DNA from: Eledone cirrhosa
Lineage: Eukaryota
Length of the DNA stretch: 64,000 nt
Assembly: GCA_964016885.1 (NCBI GenBank)
Contig: OZ024758.1
Coordinates: forward strand, 17,050,001 to 17,114,000
Direction of reading: 5' to 3'
Part shown: piece after piece, positions 13,290-28,454 of the stretch
Numbering within the stretch: position 1 is the stretch's first letter
How the letters are laid out: each line of letters starts with the position of its first letter
The notes under the pieces: model-generated
The model's input: the letters and a program-made list of their open reading frames with translations, nothing else
What the model was told of the DNA's origin: nothing
Databases searched by the model: none
Program-made: the position numbers and the translations under genes

Positions 13290-13800
13290 CTTTCTTTTTT
13301 TCTTTATTCATTTATTTATTTATTTATTCGTTTATTTATTTATTTATTTCCTTCTTTCTTTCTTTCCCTCTTTCATTCATTCTTTCTTTTTTCTTTCTCT
13401 CTTTTTTCTCGCTCCCTTTCTTTTTTCTTTCTGTCTTTCTATCTCTCTTTCCTTCTTTCTCTCTCCCACTCTCTCTTTCTCACTTTCCTTCTTTCTCTCT
13501 CTCTCACTTTCACTCTTTCTTTCTCACTTTCCTTCCTTCTCTCTCTCTATCTCTTTTTCCATCACTTTCCTTCCTTCCCTCTCTCTCTCTCTCTCTCTCA
13601 CTCTCTTACTTTCCCACCCTCTCTCTTACCCTCTCTCCTTACTTTCTATCTTATAACTCCAAGACATCCTTGCTAAGCTCAACACTTACCTTTCACACAA
13701 ACAATAGCCTTCTTGAAACAAAAACAAACAAAATTTCAATAAAAATCAAAACAAAACAAAACAAAACAAAACAAAACAAAACAAAACAATACAAAACTAG
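13290..13800. repeat. Compound TTTA / CT-rich / (AAAAC)n simple repeats
   Basis: Direct reading; these explain the spurious ORFs at 13132-13804. Confidence 0.9.
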
Positions 13801-13998
13801 ATAAGCAAAATATTTAACTAAGAAAATAAAAACGAGAATGACAAGAAGAAGATTTCACTCATTCATTTTTAAGTCTTTGTTCTGAAACATTAATTATTAT
13901 TCATCATCATCACCATTCTATGAAATTAATAATTTCTAATCTTTTACATTGCATTAATTGTAGGTAGACATATGTAAATACAAACTTTAACTACCACA

Positions 13999-14030
<32 letters not shown>

Positions 14031-14232
14031 CACAGATAAATCTACCACTCGATGGTAGGGTCTAAACCGTATAAAGAACTCAATGTAATCCATATGTAGA
14101 AGATGTCGTGAAGCAAAGTTTAAAATATAAACATTTTTTTATCAACGATATAATTCAATTGGATACAGAGTCAAAATAGAAATATTAAAACAATGAAATT
14201 AAACACATAACTGTTAATTCATAGTCAAACTC

Positions 14233-14365
14233 ATTATTTTACGATCGTTTCTGGGGGGTAGTCCTCTGCATGTTCATTTAATTATTGATCTATGTAAAAC
14301 ATATTACAAAATATCATAGTGAGAAAAGAAAACATACGTCTTCACTACCCGCCTACTTCAGATTA
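14233..14365 (-). ncRNA. Degenerate long-stem-II hammerhead (paralogue of 22542-22685)
   Basis: Minus strand: CTGAAGT(mutated)-aGGCGGGTAG...CTACCCCCCa-GAAA-CGATCG-TA-AAATAAT. Confidence 0.5.
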
Positions 14366-14799
14366 TATTATGTGGATTGGCAGTATCGGTAGAGGGTCGG
14401 ACGCCATGCTTTCCAGCATAGTTACGTCCCTTTATGATCTGAGTTCAAATCCCGCCGAGGTTGACTTTACCTTTCATCCTTACGGGGTCGATAAAATAAA
14501 GTACCAGTAATGCACTGGGTAATTGCTGACCTTGTGCCTAAAGTAGAAACAATTATTTTATTATGATTAGTGTGTGAACATATTGGTTGCACAAATAAAC
14601 ATTACTTAATGTTAACCTTAACAGATCTACTTTAATTTATATTTAAGTTTGAATAAAATAAATTCATTTTGTTTATCCTTGTTGTGCCAAAGAGCATTAG
14701 TCTTGTATTTAAAACTTTCATTATCTTGTTTCTGATGATACAGAATAACTATGATTTTCAAATCATTTTGTTAAAAGTCAAGAATTTGGAGCTGTTTAG

Positions 14800-14839
<40 letters not shown>

Positions 14840-15568
14840 AAATTGAAGGATGAGTATTTAAACTTTATTTTATTCAGAGTTAAGGCTCTATTGGTTTCTC
14901 ACTGAATTTCACAAAATCTGTAGATAAATCTGTCTTGATTTTTTAAAAAATTTTGTTTGAATTATTTTCCCACATCTTACGTTAATTATTTTTCCATTTT
15001 GACGTTATAGTCACTTATATATTATGAAATACTGTTGGCTTCATGCTCACAATAATTTCTATACTTTCATTTATATATATATATATTACTAAACAGCTGT
15101 CATGAAATTTAATGTACCTATTCTCGTGACAGTCATAACCAATCAAATTACATTTATAAAAAACAACTTTTTGGAGCCACTTTTTAAAGTGAAAAGAACC
15201 CTCAAACACGAATTGGCGCAAAAGTTGATGTGCTTATTCACTGCATCAACCAACCAAATTTCACTCATATATGAAAAAACAATCTGAGCCCCCCCCCCCC
15301 CCCCCTTGTTAAAGGTAAATACAATAAGAACTCTGTAATGTGAACTGATTTAAAATTTATTATACTTATTCATGTGACAGTTATCAACCAACCAAATTAC
15401 TTTTCTAAAAAAACCTAGCATTGAAAGCCACTTTTTTCCACAAACTGGTGAAGGAAACAAATAAATATTCTTAAAATGACTCCAGTTGCATTTTCGATTT
15501 CATCTTTTTTCCTTATACATATATATATATTATTATCATCACCATTTTACATCCGTTCTTCCACACTA

Positions 15569-15602
<34 letters not shown>

Positions 15603-15838
15603 GCATACAAAAGGTTTAAGGATCAGGCACACTTAGACTCTGGTCTGGGATGCCTCGCAGATCACGAGCCGAAAGTCTGGGAAACATTTGTAACCAAATT
15701 GAGAAATAAATCTCATATGTAACACGTCCACTTTGTTCTTCTTTTATATATATATATATAACGAAGGAAGTGTGGTAAGGAACCAGGTGGACCATAACGC
15801 ACCAAAGTACTCAATACTTGAGGTAGTAGAGTGGGTAA

Positions 15839-16058
<220 letters not shown>

Positions 16059-16066
16059 CATTTATG

Positions 16067-16114
<48 letters not shown>

Positions 16115-16216
16115 ATGTATATATATATATACATATATATACATATATATATATATAAAAGAAGAACAAATTGGACGTGTTACATATGAGATTTATTTCT
16201 CAATTTGGTTACATAT

Positions 16217-16247
<31 letters not shown>

Positions 16248-16262
16248 TATATAAATATATAC

Positions 16263-16329
<67 letters not shown>

Positions 16330-18413
16330 GGGAAATGACCTCTACATTAATTAATGACCATGGGATTTGCTCCTAGAAGGTTCCCCTCTGAGGTACAAGT
16401 CCAGACAAGGTTGTTTGTGGAAGACAAGCAGTTGCCCATGACCATGTATACCAGTCTCTCCTCTCCATGCCACCGATGTTATCCAAGGGAAAGGCAATGG
16501 CTGATACAGCTTGGTACCAGTGACGTTGCAACACATTTCTACAGCTGAGTGAACTGGAGCAATGCAAAATAAATTATTATCTTGCTCAAGAAAACAATGC
16601 AAACCTGGTGTCAGAATCGAACTCACAACCTCACGATGCTAAGACTGACGCTCTAACCACTAAACCATATAAATTACTCATTATTTGTATAGTGTGTGGA
16701 ACATTACTTAACAAATTTCGGATATTGAATTAATATGGATGGTTTTTAGATGAATATAAATATTCAGAAATAAGCAGTTTTGTTTTAGAGAATCAAGGGA
16801 CTTTTCTGGCAGTTTGGTATTAAATGGTTATTAAGGCAGTGGATTGGCAGTATCGGTAGAGGGTTGGATGCCATGCTTTGATGCATAGAGTTACGGCCAT
16901 TGCCATTCTGAGTTCAAATCCCACTGCGGTTAACTTTGCCTTTCATCCTTACAGGGTCGATAAAATAAAGTACCAGTAATTCACTGGGTAATTGCTGGCC
17001 TTGTGCCAAAAATAGAAACTATTATTAATAGAGAGGACTTTTGGAACAACTTTTCCTAGTTTATTTTAGAGATTATTTTGTGCAGTAGAAGCTGTCATTT
17101 AGTTAATCAATTTTGATATAGTTTCAAAATCTAATCTCATTCTTTACAGTAACATGTTTTCAAACGTGATCAGAAAAAAAAAAAAATTAAATTAATTTAA
17201 ATTCTAAACTAAATTTTTATTTCAACATACTGAATTACATTCGAAAACACAGTTCTCGGAGAATTTGGAGGGATTTGGTTATGTGACTAACCTTTTCATT
17301 ATTCAGCTAATGTTTGGAACAGAACATAACAAATGTTCTTACATAAACATTTTTGAATAAGCAGTTTTCATCATCGTCATCGTTCAACATCCATTTTCCA
17401 TGCTAACATGGTTTAGATGGGTTGTCTCATTTCAAGCAAGTTGAGTCAAGTGACCATGTCTTGCTCATATAGAACTGTCTCTGGTTAGGTTCCTACAACT
17501 AGATGCCCTTCTTAACGTTAACCACATTTATATTACTATATATTTACTATTATATTTTCATGGTAAAGGCTTTACCACACATAATTATCTCACATAATAT
17601 CGAATCTATGAGATTTTGATATCATTTATTTTGAAAAAAATACCTTAACATCAATATGAGTGGTTGGTTATGACCGGTTTGACCAGAAAGAGGTGAGAGA
17701 ATTCTGGCTGGATATGGCCAGTTTAAATGCTAAAGGGTTAACGTTTATGCTGGGTGTTTTTTGTCATGACTCCTACATGACCACTTTACAGTGTGGGCTG
17801 AATGCTTCTTTTGTTGCGATGTAACATAAGATTAAGGGGCAGTTTCGGCTAGTTTAGTATGACAAGGGTTAATACATCTAAATTTGTAAAACTCATAATC
17901 GTACATTTATGGAAAATATTGATTAGAATAGGAAACAAAGTGTTTTACTGTTGAAATAATTTCTTTGAACTAGGCACAGAGCCAATCTTGGCAGAAGAGG
18001 TTTATATAGATAATTTAATCAACTCCACTTGTTATGTAGCACTTCACCCAGGTCAAGACTCATTGACCAGACCTATGATCTGTAAGTCTCTTATCATTCT
18101 GAAGACCAGGGACTACATTTTCCAATGTGTTGTTTTTTTCTCCTTTTTAACCCTTTTAAGATGAAATTGCCTGAAACAACTCTTAGTTCTATGGCAAGAA
18201 GCTATTTATTCTAAATTGTTTGAATTTATTTAAAACCTTCCATCAAAATTCTATGTAAGAACATTTGTTAAGTTATGTTCCAACCACCAGCTTGGTAATG
18301 AAAACGTTATCTTACGAATACCTCCTTATTTTTGATTATTTTCAAAATTATTGGCATTGTTTTACATTTGAAATATGGTACAAAAGGGGTTAAGGTTTGA
18401 AGTCTGGAAAGAT

Positions 18414-18627
18414 TAACCTTTTAACATTTACATTACTCTATATTTGCTATTGTATTTTTACAGTAAACAGTTTATTTCACATAATATCGAATCTAAAAGA
18501 TTTTGATATTATTTATTTTGAGAACAATATCTTAACATTAGTATGAGCAGCCACTTATAGTCGGTTTGAACAGAAAGAGGTGAGAGAATTCTGGCCGGAT
18601 ATATCAAGTTTAAATGCTAAAGGGTTA
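18414..18627. mobile_element. piggyBac-like MITE (TTAA target, CCCTTTAGCATTTA TIR)
   Basis: TTAA-CCTTTTAACATTTA...TAAATGCTAAAGGG-TTAA. Other family copies lie at 17518-17741, 26008-26225, 35688-36097, 39280-41078, 46446-46628 and 55606-56049. Confidence 0.75.
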
Positions 18628-20143
18628 AAGCAACAAATTGTCTGATGTTAGAACATCAAATAGAATATCCCTTGTGGTATTTGTTCTGAGTCTACTGAAG
18701 TCAACATTACCTTTCATCCCTTTGTTGATAGAATCAATTGTCAGATGATGGTGGTGGATGCCAGGTTTTATCTGTTTTGACACTTTGCATTCTGCTTTTA
18801 AATTCTGTCTAGAAATTCAAAGTTTATCAATAGCCAGAGATAATCATTGAAACGCAGGAACTCATCTAATCATGAAAGCTGCGAAAGATGGAAGAAGATA
18901 GTAACAATCTGCTACTACCATTAACCCCTTCTAAGGAAATAAACACTATTTCCATCAATTAATGAACACTTTTGAGGGATTTACTAAAATTATTAATTAT
19001 TTCATTACTATAATACATACTTAATAAAAATATTAATTATAAAAATATAAAATTATGTTTCAAGATATTAATTTAAGTTAGAAACCTTTAATATGAGTGG
19101 TTTTATTTCATAGAACGAGAGCCGGTTTTGGCTGGGTTTGTAACTAAGGGGTTTACCAATGAAGATGATGATTTGAGGAATATTTAGCTAGTATTTCTTG
19201 CAATGTATCATCATCATCATCAGTGTTTTATGTCCATTCTTCCATGCTAGCATGGGTTAGACGGGTTGTCCTGTTGTGGGTAATGCCTGGTCAGGTGACC
19301 ATGTCTTGATCATAGAGGAACTGATTTTGGTTTGATTTCTACAACTTGATGCCCTTCCTAACACCAACCTCATTTACAGTGAGTGCTGGGTGCTTTTTTT
19401 ACCATGGCACCTACACGACCACTTTACAGTGTGGTCTGGGTGCTCTTTTGTCATAACACCTCCACGACCTCTTTGCAGTAGGAGGGAGTGGGGGCATATT
19501 GTCTATATGCTTCAGCTTCGGCTTGTACTCGTAGGAAGTTGGGTCTTCTGTATTGCTGCATAATGCTTGAGGTTTCGGTCCTGTGTCAACCCCTTTGAAA
19601 GATGCAATTGGGCAATGTCACCTAATCCCAGGTCTTCTTGGGTCTCCCCAAAACCTTTTCATAATAACATTTATTTTATTGATCATCCCAATCAAATAAA
19701 ATGTAAAGCTCACATACCATGATTTGAGCTCAGATAATAATGGATTAACTCGTTTCATACCAAACCAACTCTCACCTCCTCATTTATATCCGAAGGGAAT
19801 TATTTATTAATAATCCAGCCAAAACTTTATTTAGGCCAACCCATCCAAAACTGACTCAGTTTCTTTGATCCAAAAGCAACCATTTTAATGGATTTCTATT
19901 TAAATTGTAACTTTCCAATTTAATTTTATATAAAAACCTTGTAATAAGTTTTGTTACAAATACATTCTTAATAATGAAGCAATTAATAATTTTAGTAAAT
20001 CCTTCCAAATTTTTCATGAAAACCCTTTTGATAGCAACCTGTACAAAATTGGCTTTGGTTCTATGAAACAAAATCTCTGATTTCAAAGGGTTCCTATTTA
20101 AATTAAGATATTCCGATATAATTTTATAAGAACCACATTAAGT

Positions 20144-20316
20144 TACCGTATTTCCCAGCATTGAAGATGTTACTTTTTTTCCTAAAATAAGTCTCAAAGA
20201 TCTACCATGCATCTTGCAGGCCGAAGGTTGTTTATTATTCTTTTTCAAATTTTTGGTTGTCAAAAATAGGGTGTGTCCTCGAGGACGAAGTGTCTTCGGC
20301 ACCGAGAAGTACGGTA
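20144..20316. mobile_element. Tc1/mariner-pogo type MITE
   Basis: TA-CCGTATTTC...GAAGTACGG-TA termini with TA TSD. An inverted paralogue lies at 49154-49324. Confidence 0.75.
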
Positions 20317-20974
20317 CTTTCTTTCTAATGAAATAATTAATCAATAATTTTAGAAAATCCTTTAAAAAATGTTTATTAATTAATTGAAATAGAGTGCAAT
20401 TCATTAGGAATATGGTCACAAAATTGTTAGACTAAATTGTGCAAAGTGTTTTAGTCAGATACTCTACTGCTCGGTCAACATTTTATCCTTCTAATTTGCC
20501 TGACAAACAATATAATTTTAATACATATTGCTGCTGAGATTGTTCCTAAATCACTAGTTATCATTTATGCCACTCAATTTCTATTCACCTGGTATTGATC
20601 TCAGCTGTCTCTTTGATAAATTCCAAACTATCGTTTATCTAATGATGCATACATAAGTGTGTGGGAGTGTGTAAAATTGGAAAATAATTATGCTTGTGTT
20701 TGTCATAATTATGCTTGTGTTTGTCATATATTGATGTAATATGACAACCATTCAGGTCAAATGTTGTACATTCTTGTTGAACCCCATGTCAGCCCTGATC
20801 AAAAGGCCTATAATTAAAGGTATTGCTGCTATGACCCTTCTTTAATAGGTAAACCAACTCTAACCTCCTTAGTTATATCCCAAGGGAATTATTTATTAAT
20901 AAAGACATTACTTTCATGTTACGCACACACAAACACACACACACATAAATATATGTAATATTAATGTACATATA

Positions 20975-21320
20975 TCATCATCATCATCATCATTTCATTT
21001 TACGTCCGCTTTTTCCCTGCTTGCAAGGGTGGGACGGGAACTGATTTTGGCTTGATTTCTACAGCTGGATGCCCTTCCTAACACCAACCTCATTTACAGT
21101 GAGTGCTGGGTGCTTTTTTGCCGTGGCACCTCCACGACCACTTTGCAGTGGAATGATATGGACCCCAGTCCCTATCATCTCATTTCTACAGCTGAGTAAA
21201 CTGGAGCAATGTGAAATAAAGTGTCTTGCTCAAGGAAACAACACATCACCCGGTCTGAGGATTGAACTCACAACCTTTCGATTGCAAGGCCAATGCTCTA
21301 ACCACTAAGCCATGTGCCTC
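20975..21320 (-). mobile_element. Full-length SINE family S2
   Basis: tRNA-like head, central domain, RTE-type tail and (GAT)n. Confidence 0.9.
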
Positions 21321-21391
21321 CATATATATATACATATGTATATATGTAATATTAATGTATATATATATGTATATATGTAATATATGTAATC

Positions 21392-21657
21392 CCAAAAGTC
21401 AGCTCAAAAGTGACACAGAGGAGACTGAGGTTAGCTGGACATGCTCACCGACATCCAGAGTTGACATTGCACTCAGTGCTCCTTTGGGAGCCCCTACATG
21501 GACACACTAGAAGAGGAAGACCAAGGTTAACGTATGTTGATCCCCTAAGGACAGACACTGGTCTGTTGGAGACGCAGGACATGGCAGCGATAATGAGGGA
21601 CAGAGACCGCTGGAGAGAACTCGTCCATGGATCTCGGGAATTTTACCCGCCTTAGAT
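21392..21657 (+). mobile_element. RTE-type LINE 3' fragment (third subfamily)
   Basis: QRRLRLAGHAHRH...[11 protein letters not shown]...RDRDRWR. Paralogue at 31572-31750. Confidence 0.85.
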
Positions 21658-21730
21658 ATGTAATATTAATGCATATATATATATATATAAACGGAAAAAA
21701 TGAAACGAAATTTCATTTCTCAGTCTTAGT

Positions 21731-21795
<65 letters not shown>

Positions 21796-22038
21796 TTGGA
21801 GTATATGTTGTCTTGCCTCAGAAAAATTTCTATAGACTTTTGACACAGGAATGTTCTCACAACTGACCAATGGGATGAGAGAGTGTCCTAAGACGCACAA
21901 ATTCGTTTGTTCTAATTCGTATGATTCCAGTTCCTCAGAGAAATAACAACGCAACCAGGAGCTGGACATATCGGAGTATTGACGGAGTAAAACACACTTC
22001 AACAACATGTGTACCTGTCTCTCCCACACCAATTTCGG

Positions 22039-22093
22039 ACTGCCTGATGAGGTCACAGCCAATGATGGCTGTCACCGAAATATATATAGCAGT
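22039..22093 (+). ncRNA. Type I hammerhead ribozyme, intact core
   Basis: Stem I ACTGC/GCAGT; core CTGATGA; stem II GGTcACAGCCA-ATGA-TGGCTGTcACC; GAAA; palindromic stem III TATATA; cleavage triplet AUA. Confidence 0.85.
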
Positions 22094-22317
22094 ATACCTA
22101 TAATTTATAATAAACAAAGCCAAATTTTACCTATTTGACTTAATTATTTTGATCATGCCTTTATTTTTAAATTTTCTCATTCCTTGTATTTTGATCATGC
22201 TTTATTTTTATTTTTTATCTTTATTTGTTTTTTTCATTCGCACCGTTTCCTTTCGCTATATGTCTCTCCACCACTCCCCTACACACCTTTTGAACTCTGT
22301 TCCCACACACTTCTCAC

Positions 22318-22345
22318 CTGAGGAAGGGCTTATGCCCGAAACGTC
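22318..22345 (+). ncRNA. Minimal hammerhead motif
   Basis: CTGAGGA-a-GGGC TTAT GCCC-GAAA-CG-TC, with palindromic ACGT and a GUC triplet. Stem I is weak. Confidence 0.6.
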
Positions 22346-22433
22346 GTCCCCCACCTACCCCCCACTCTCCTGAGCGTGAAATTAATAAACATTTATTGTA
22401 CTGCCTCTCTGTTTTGTCCCTGTTCAAATTTTT

Positions 22434-22484
<51 letters not shown>

Positions 22485-22541
22485 ACAGAAATATTAAAAC
22501 AATGAAATTAAACACAAAACTGTTAATTCATAGTAAAACTC

Positions 22542-22685
22542 ATTATTTTATGATCGTTTCGGGGGGGGGGGGGGGTAGATCTCTGCATGTTCATTCAATT
22601 ATTGATCTATGTAAAACATATTACAAAATATCATAGTAAGAAAAAGATACATATGTCTTCACTACCCGCCGTCTTCAGAAATAAT
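22542..22685 (-). ncRNA. Type I hammerhead with ~110-nt stem II/loop
   Basis: Minus strand: ATTATTT-CTGAAGA-cGGCGGGTAG...CTACCCCCC..-GAAA-CGATCA-TA-AAATAAT, giving a 7-bp stem I. The 14233 copy retains CGATCG. Confidence 0.6.
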
Positions 22686-22707
22686 TTATATATATATATA
22701 TACACAC

Positions 22708-22745
<38 letters not shown>

Positions 22746-22825
22746 ACATATATATATATATATAAACACACATTTATATATATATATATATAAACACACA
22801 TTTATATATATATATATAAAAACAC

Positions 22826-22923
<98 letters not shown>

Positions 22924-22970
22924 GTGTGTTTATATATATATATATACATGTGTGTATATATATATATAAA

Positions 22971-23029
<59 letters not shown>

Positions 23030-23319
23030 TCAGACAGCTTGTTACATAATAAGGTTATGTTTCCGAGGCAATCCAAATTGAATCGACATGGGAACGGACG
23101 AAGTGTGTGCTCTTGTGTTCTTCATCCATTCCCTTGTGGCACTGGCGCATGGAACAGTGTGGCCACTGTCGCCATTAAAATATATATCACAGCATTATTA
23201 TTAAAAGACTTGAACATTTGAAACTACTTCACTTTTCCTTATTCTATATTTACTCCGTCACTCCTATGTGGAATAATACGTTGAGTGCTTGAATTGAATT
23301 GCAACAATGTTTACAGTAA

Positions 23320-23353
<34 letters not shown>

Positions 23354-23742
23354 AAAGAGAGTGTGGTAAGAAACCAGGTGGACTATAACGCACCAGAGTA
23401 CTCAATACTTAGGGTAGTGGAGTGGTAAATAGGAAAAGAGTCAGGAACCCGACGTCTGAGCTCCGGGCATTTCAACAGCTATATCCAAACTCTTTTCCTA
23501 TATATATAAATATCATCATCATCATGATCATCATTTTACATCTGCTTTTCCCTGCTTGCAAGGGTATATATATCATCATTTCATTTTTACGTCCACTTTT
23601 CCCTGCTTGCAAGGGTGGGACGGGAACTGATTCTGGCTTGATTTCTACAGCTGGATGCCCTTCCTAACACCAACCTCATTTACAGTGAGTGCTGGGTGCT
23701 TTTTTGCCGTGGCACCTCCACGACCACTTATAATACAATAAA

Positions 23743-23781
<39 letters not shown>

Positions 23782-24325
23782 AAAGTGTGTCGATAGAATC
23801 ATTTGATAAAATATATACATCATTTCCTCTCCCAATCAGCATAATCAACCACACAAAAAACCAATTAATATATATATATGTGTGTGTATATATATATGTG
23901 TAGAGATATATACCTATGAGTATATATATATACATATGTACATATGTGTGTATTTATATATATATGCCTATGTGTGTGTATATATATATATATATGCCTA
24001 TGTGTGTATATATATATATGCCTATGTGTGTATATATATATATATATGCCTATGTGTGTATATATATAAATATGCATATGTGTGTGTGTGTTTATATATA
24101 TATATGCATATGTGTGTGTGTGTGTATTTATATATATATATATATATATATCATCATCATCATCAGCATCATTTTACGTCCGCTTTTCCCTGGTTGCATG
24201 GGTGGGACGGGAACTGATTCTGGCTTTATATATATATATATATATATATGCATATATATATATATATCAGAGTTTTGTAGCTTGCTTGAGGCATTGTTGA
24301 ATAGGAAACACAAATTTAAATAATA

Positions 24326-24365
<40 letters not shown>

Positions 24366-25499
24366 TCGTGTGGTTTTGTATTATATCACAAAATAAAAAA
24401 AATATATCATTGTATAGTGTTGTAATATTCATGTTGTCACCCTTATGGCAAATAAAGGTAAATTTAATTATATTACAGATTTTTTTTTTTGTTAGCATCC
24501 ATATTGTTTTCTCTTCCTCCTTGTCACAATCACATCTTTTGTTGTTGTTGTTTTTGCAGGAAACTACACCACAATGGAGTCAGATTTGTTGGGGTTTTTT
24601 TGTTTTTTTTTCCCCTCCATGATGGAAAAATGTTTTGATACACCATGTTACAATGTTGAAGAGACTCTCTCTCTAATTTCTATGGATTCAGTCTTACATT
24701 GTCTTGGCACCTTGTAAAGAATATCATAAACGTCAAAATTAGGAGTAAATTGGCTTCTCTTTTAACAAATCCTGCAGCCAATATTTTTATCAGTTCTTTC
24801 TCTTGTTGTTGTTGAGGATAGTGAAATGAAAATTGTTAGTTATTATCCATAAACTGATAGATGTGCTTCAGCCATCTCATTGTTTGTCACCATTGTCAGA
24901 TTTATGACTTGCTGAGAAATATTTTCTATAATTTTATTGTTCTATATATTTTTTTTTAATAAATATATTGTTATTATTGCTTCTCTTTTGTTTTATTACT
25001 TTTTTTTAGTTCTTTTTTAATATTGATTATTTATTTTATTTTTACATTTTTTTTTTTTTCAGCTTTCAGATATTTTCATGAAAATAAGGTCAACAGCTAC
25101 AGGAAAAATATTGTTTTAAATAGTGAGATAGTTATATAGTTATAAAGACTTATTTCAAATCATACACAGAGTATGATTTAAATTTATAGTTTCAATGTCC
25201 TCACAATTCCCCAAAATCAATGGTGGCAACAAATAATACGAACCTGGTTTATTTTTACATATAATTTACTAACACAACCCATTGACCAATATATCCTTTT
25301 ACATAGAGTATGTGTTGTTGTTGAGTCAGCTCTGATCAGAAAGGCATATAATCAAAGGCATGCCAAATGTGATCAACTCATCTTTTTTATATCTATCCAG
25401 ATATGTATCCAATATGTCCTTTTTGAAGATAGTAGAGGGTATTTTGAAGGATGTTTTGCTCTTGTTTTTAACAGGACAATGAACAATCATATAGAACAT

Positions 25500-25782
25500 T
25501 CATGGGCAACCTGCAGCCTGCAGGCTGCATGTGGCCTGCGAAACATTCGCTCGCCTAAGTCACCTAATTGAAATCTTTCAGATTTTGTTTAACCCAACTT
25601 TTTAGTCATAATTTTTATGATTGAGGAAAATAACGTGTATGAATTTTGAAGAAACAAATCAAAATAACGTGAGTTACAACTTTTTTTTTTTAATGAGGGC
25701 ACGAATGTAAATTAGCACTTGCGACCTGCCTGATGATGCGCTATATCTCATGCGGCCCACTTCTCGAAAAAGGTTGCCTCAT
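25500..25782. mobile_element. hAT (Charlie-like) MITE
   Basis: ATGGGCAACCT...AGGTTGCC termini and subterminal GCGGCCC/GTGGCC motifs. A related element lies at 48200-48545. Confidence 0.55.
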
Positions 25783-26234
25783 ATAGAAGGTCCTTTGTTG
25801 GCTTGTAGAACATTTGTTCTTTCCATAATTTCAGGATTAGTTAGTTAACCTTATGATTTTCAAATAATTTCAAAAGTAATCAAAAATTTGGAGACATTTA
25901 GTAAAATAACTTTCTCCTTACTAGATAGGAATTTGGAATCAACATGACTCAAGAAAGGTTTTTATACAAAAATAGGATGGAAGGTATTTATAGAAAAAAT
26001 GAACACTTTAACCCTTTAGCATTTAAACCAGCCATATCCGGCCAGAATTCTCTTACCTCTTTCTGTTCAAACTGGCTGTAACTCGCTGCTCATACTAATG
26101 TTAGGGTTAGGGTTATGTTCTCAAAATTAATAATATCAAAATCTCATAGATTCGATATTATGTGAGGTAATTATATAAGGTAAAACCTTTACCGTGAAAA
26201 TACAATAGTAAATATAAAATAATGTAATATATTT

Positions 26235-26326
26235 AATATAGAAATGGCTTCTACAGGACTAGAACTGTTTCATTCGAAGGAAATCATTGGGAAAGCCCCT
26301 AGTCCTGTAGAAGCCATTTCTATATA
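26235..26326. repeat. Inverted-arm element of TA-embedded family P2
   Basis: TAGAAATGGCTTCTACAGGACTAG...CTAGTCCTGTAGAAGCCATTTCTA. A longer-armed paralogue lies at 31306-31428. Confidence 0.8.
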
Positions 26327-26538
26327 AAAAATTTATACTCTGCTATGCATTGAGTACCTTTACTACTGTGGTTACCCCTGATTGACCCTGGGATACACAC
26401 ATATTTGATGCATAGGAATTTCTGTGACCTCCAGCAGACAACTAATGAAGGGAATTATCCCCCATTCGTTCTTTCTTCTTATTTATAAATACACTTTATC
26501 CAGCAACCACACAGTCCCTGTTTCTTCAAAAATTTTTT

Positions 26539-27335
<797 letters not shown>

Positions 27336-27631
27336 ATATATATATATATATATATATGTCATCATCATCATCATCATCATCACCGTTTTACGTCCGTTCT
27401 TCCACGCTAGCATGGGTTAGACGGGTTGTCCTGTTGTGGGCAGTGTCTGGTCGGCTGACCATGCCTTGCTCATACAGGAACTGATCTGGCTTGATTTCTA
27501 CAGCTGGATGCCCTTCCTAACACCAACCTCATTTACAGTGAGTGCTGGGTGCTTTTTCGTGGCGCCTACACGTCCACTTTACAGTGTGGGCTGGGTGCTT
27601 TTTTGCCGTGGCACCTCCACGACCACCTTGC

Positions 27632-27710
<79 letters not shown>

Positions 27711-28289
27711 CACCATGATCAGCCAGACTGTTTGCCAGAATTCTCTCACCTCTTTCTGTTCAAACCAGCTATAACCAGCTGCTCGTACTGATGTAAAGGT
27801 ACTGTTCACAAAATTAATAACATCAAAATCTAATAGATTCAATATGATGTGAGATAATTATATAAGGTAAAGCCTTAACCATAAAATACAATATTAAATA
27901 TAGAGTAACATATATGATAAAGGATTAAATAAACAGTTTTGTACCATAAAAGCAGAGACAGTTTCAAGCAGTCTGATACAAAAAGCGTTAAAGAGAAACA
28001 TCAAAAAGTTGGGAGGTTTATGCATACTTCATAGGGGCTAATGACTCATTAAATAAAACGGTTTTAACTGAACATTGAAATGACGTTCAAAGAATCAGTT
28101 TCAAAAGACATGGCAAAACATTACTGACTGGGTCTGAACCAGGTCATAATAATCATATAATAGATTATTATGAGTTAAGTGCCTTGGATGTTGCCTCTGA
28201 GCAGATACATATCTACATCTATGATAACTTGTCAACCACAAAGGGAATAATGGATTAGATTTTTCTAACATGTAAGGAAAACAACAATT

Positions 28290-28421
28290 ACTAATACTGC
28301 TGCTACTAATACTACTGCAGCTACTGCTGCTGCTGCTACTACTGCTACTACCACCACCACCACCACTGCTGCTGCTACTAATACTACTACTACTATTACA
28401 ACTATCATCCACTACTACAAT

Positions 28422-28454
<33 letters not shown>

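Noticed and set aside
15644-15680. CTGGGA...CTCG/CGAG-CCGAAA motif, and CTAATGAAGGGAATTATCCC at about 26441
   Set aside because: The catalytic cores are incomplete; at most these are heavily decayed ribozymes.
25728-25760. CTGATGA within the hAT-like MITE
   Set aside because: No stem II-GAAA arrangement follows.
26100-26115. TTAGGGTTAGGGTTA telomere-like repeat
   Set aside because: Only 2.5 units inside a MITE; likely chance slippage.
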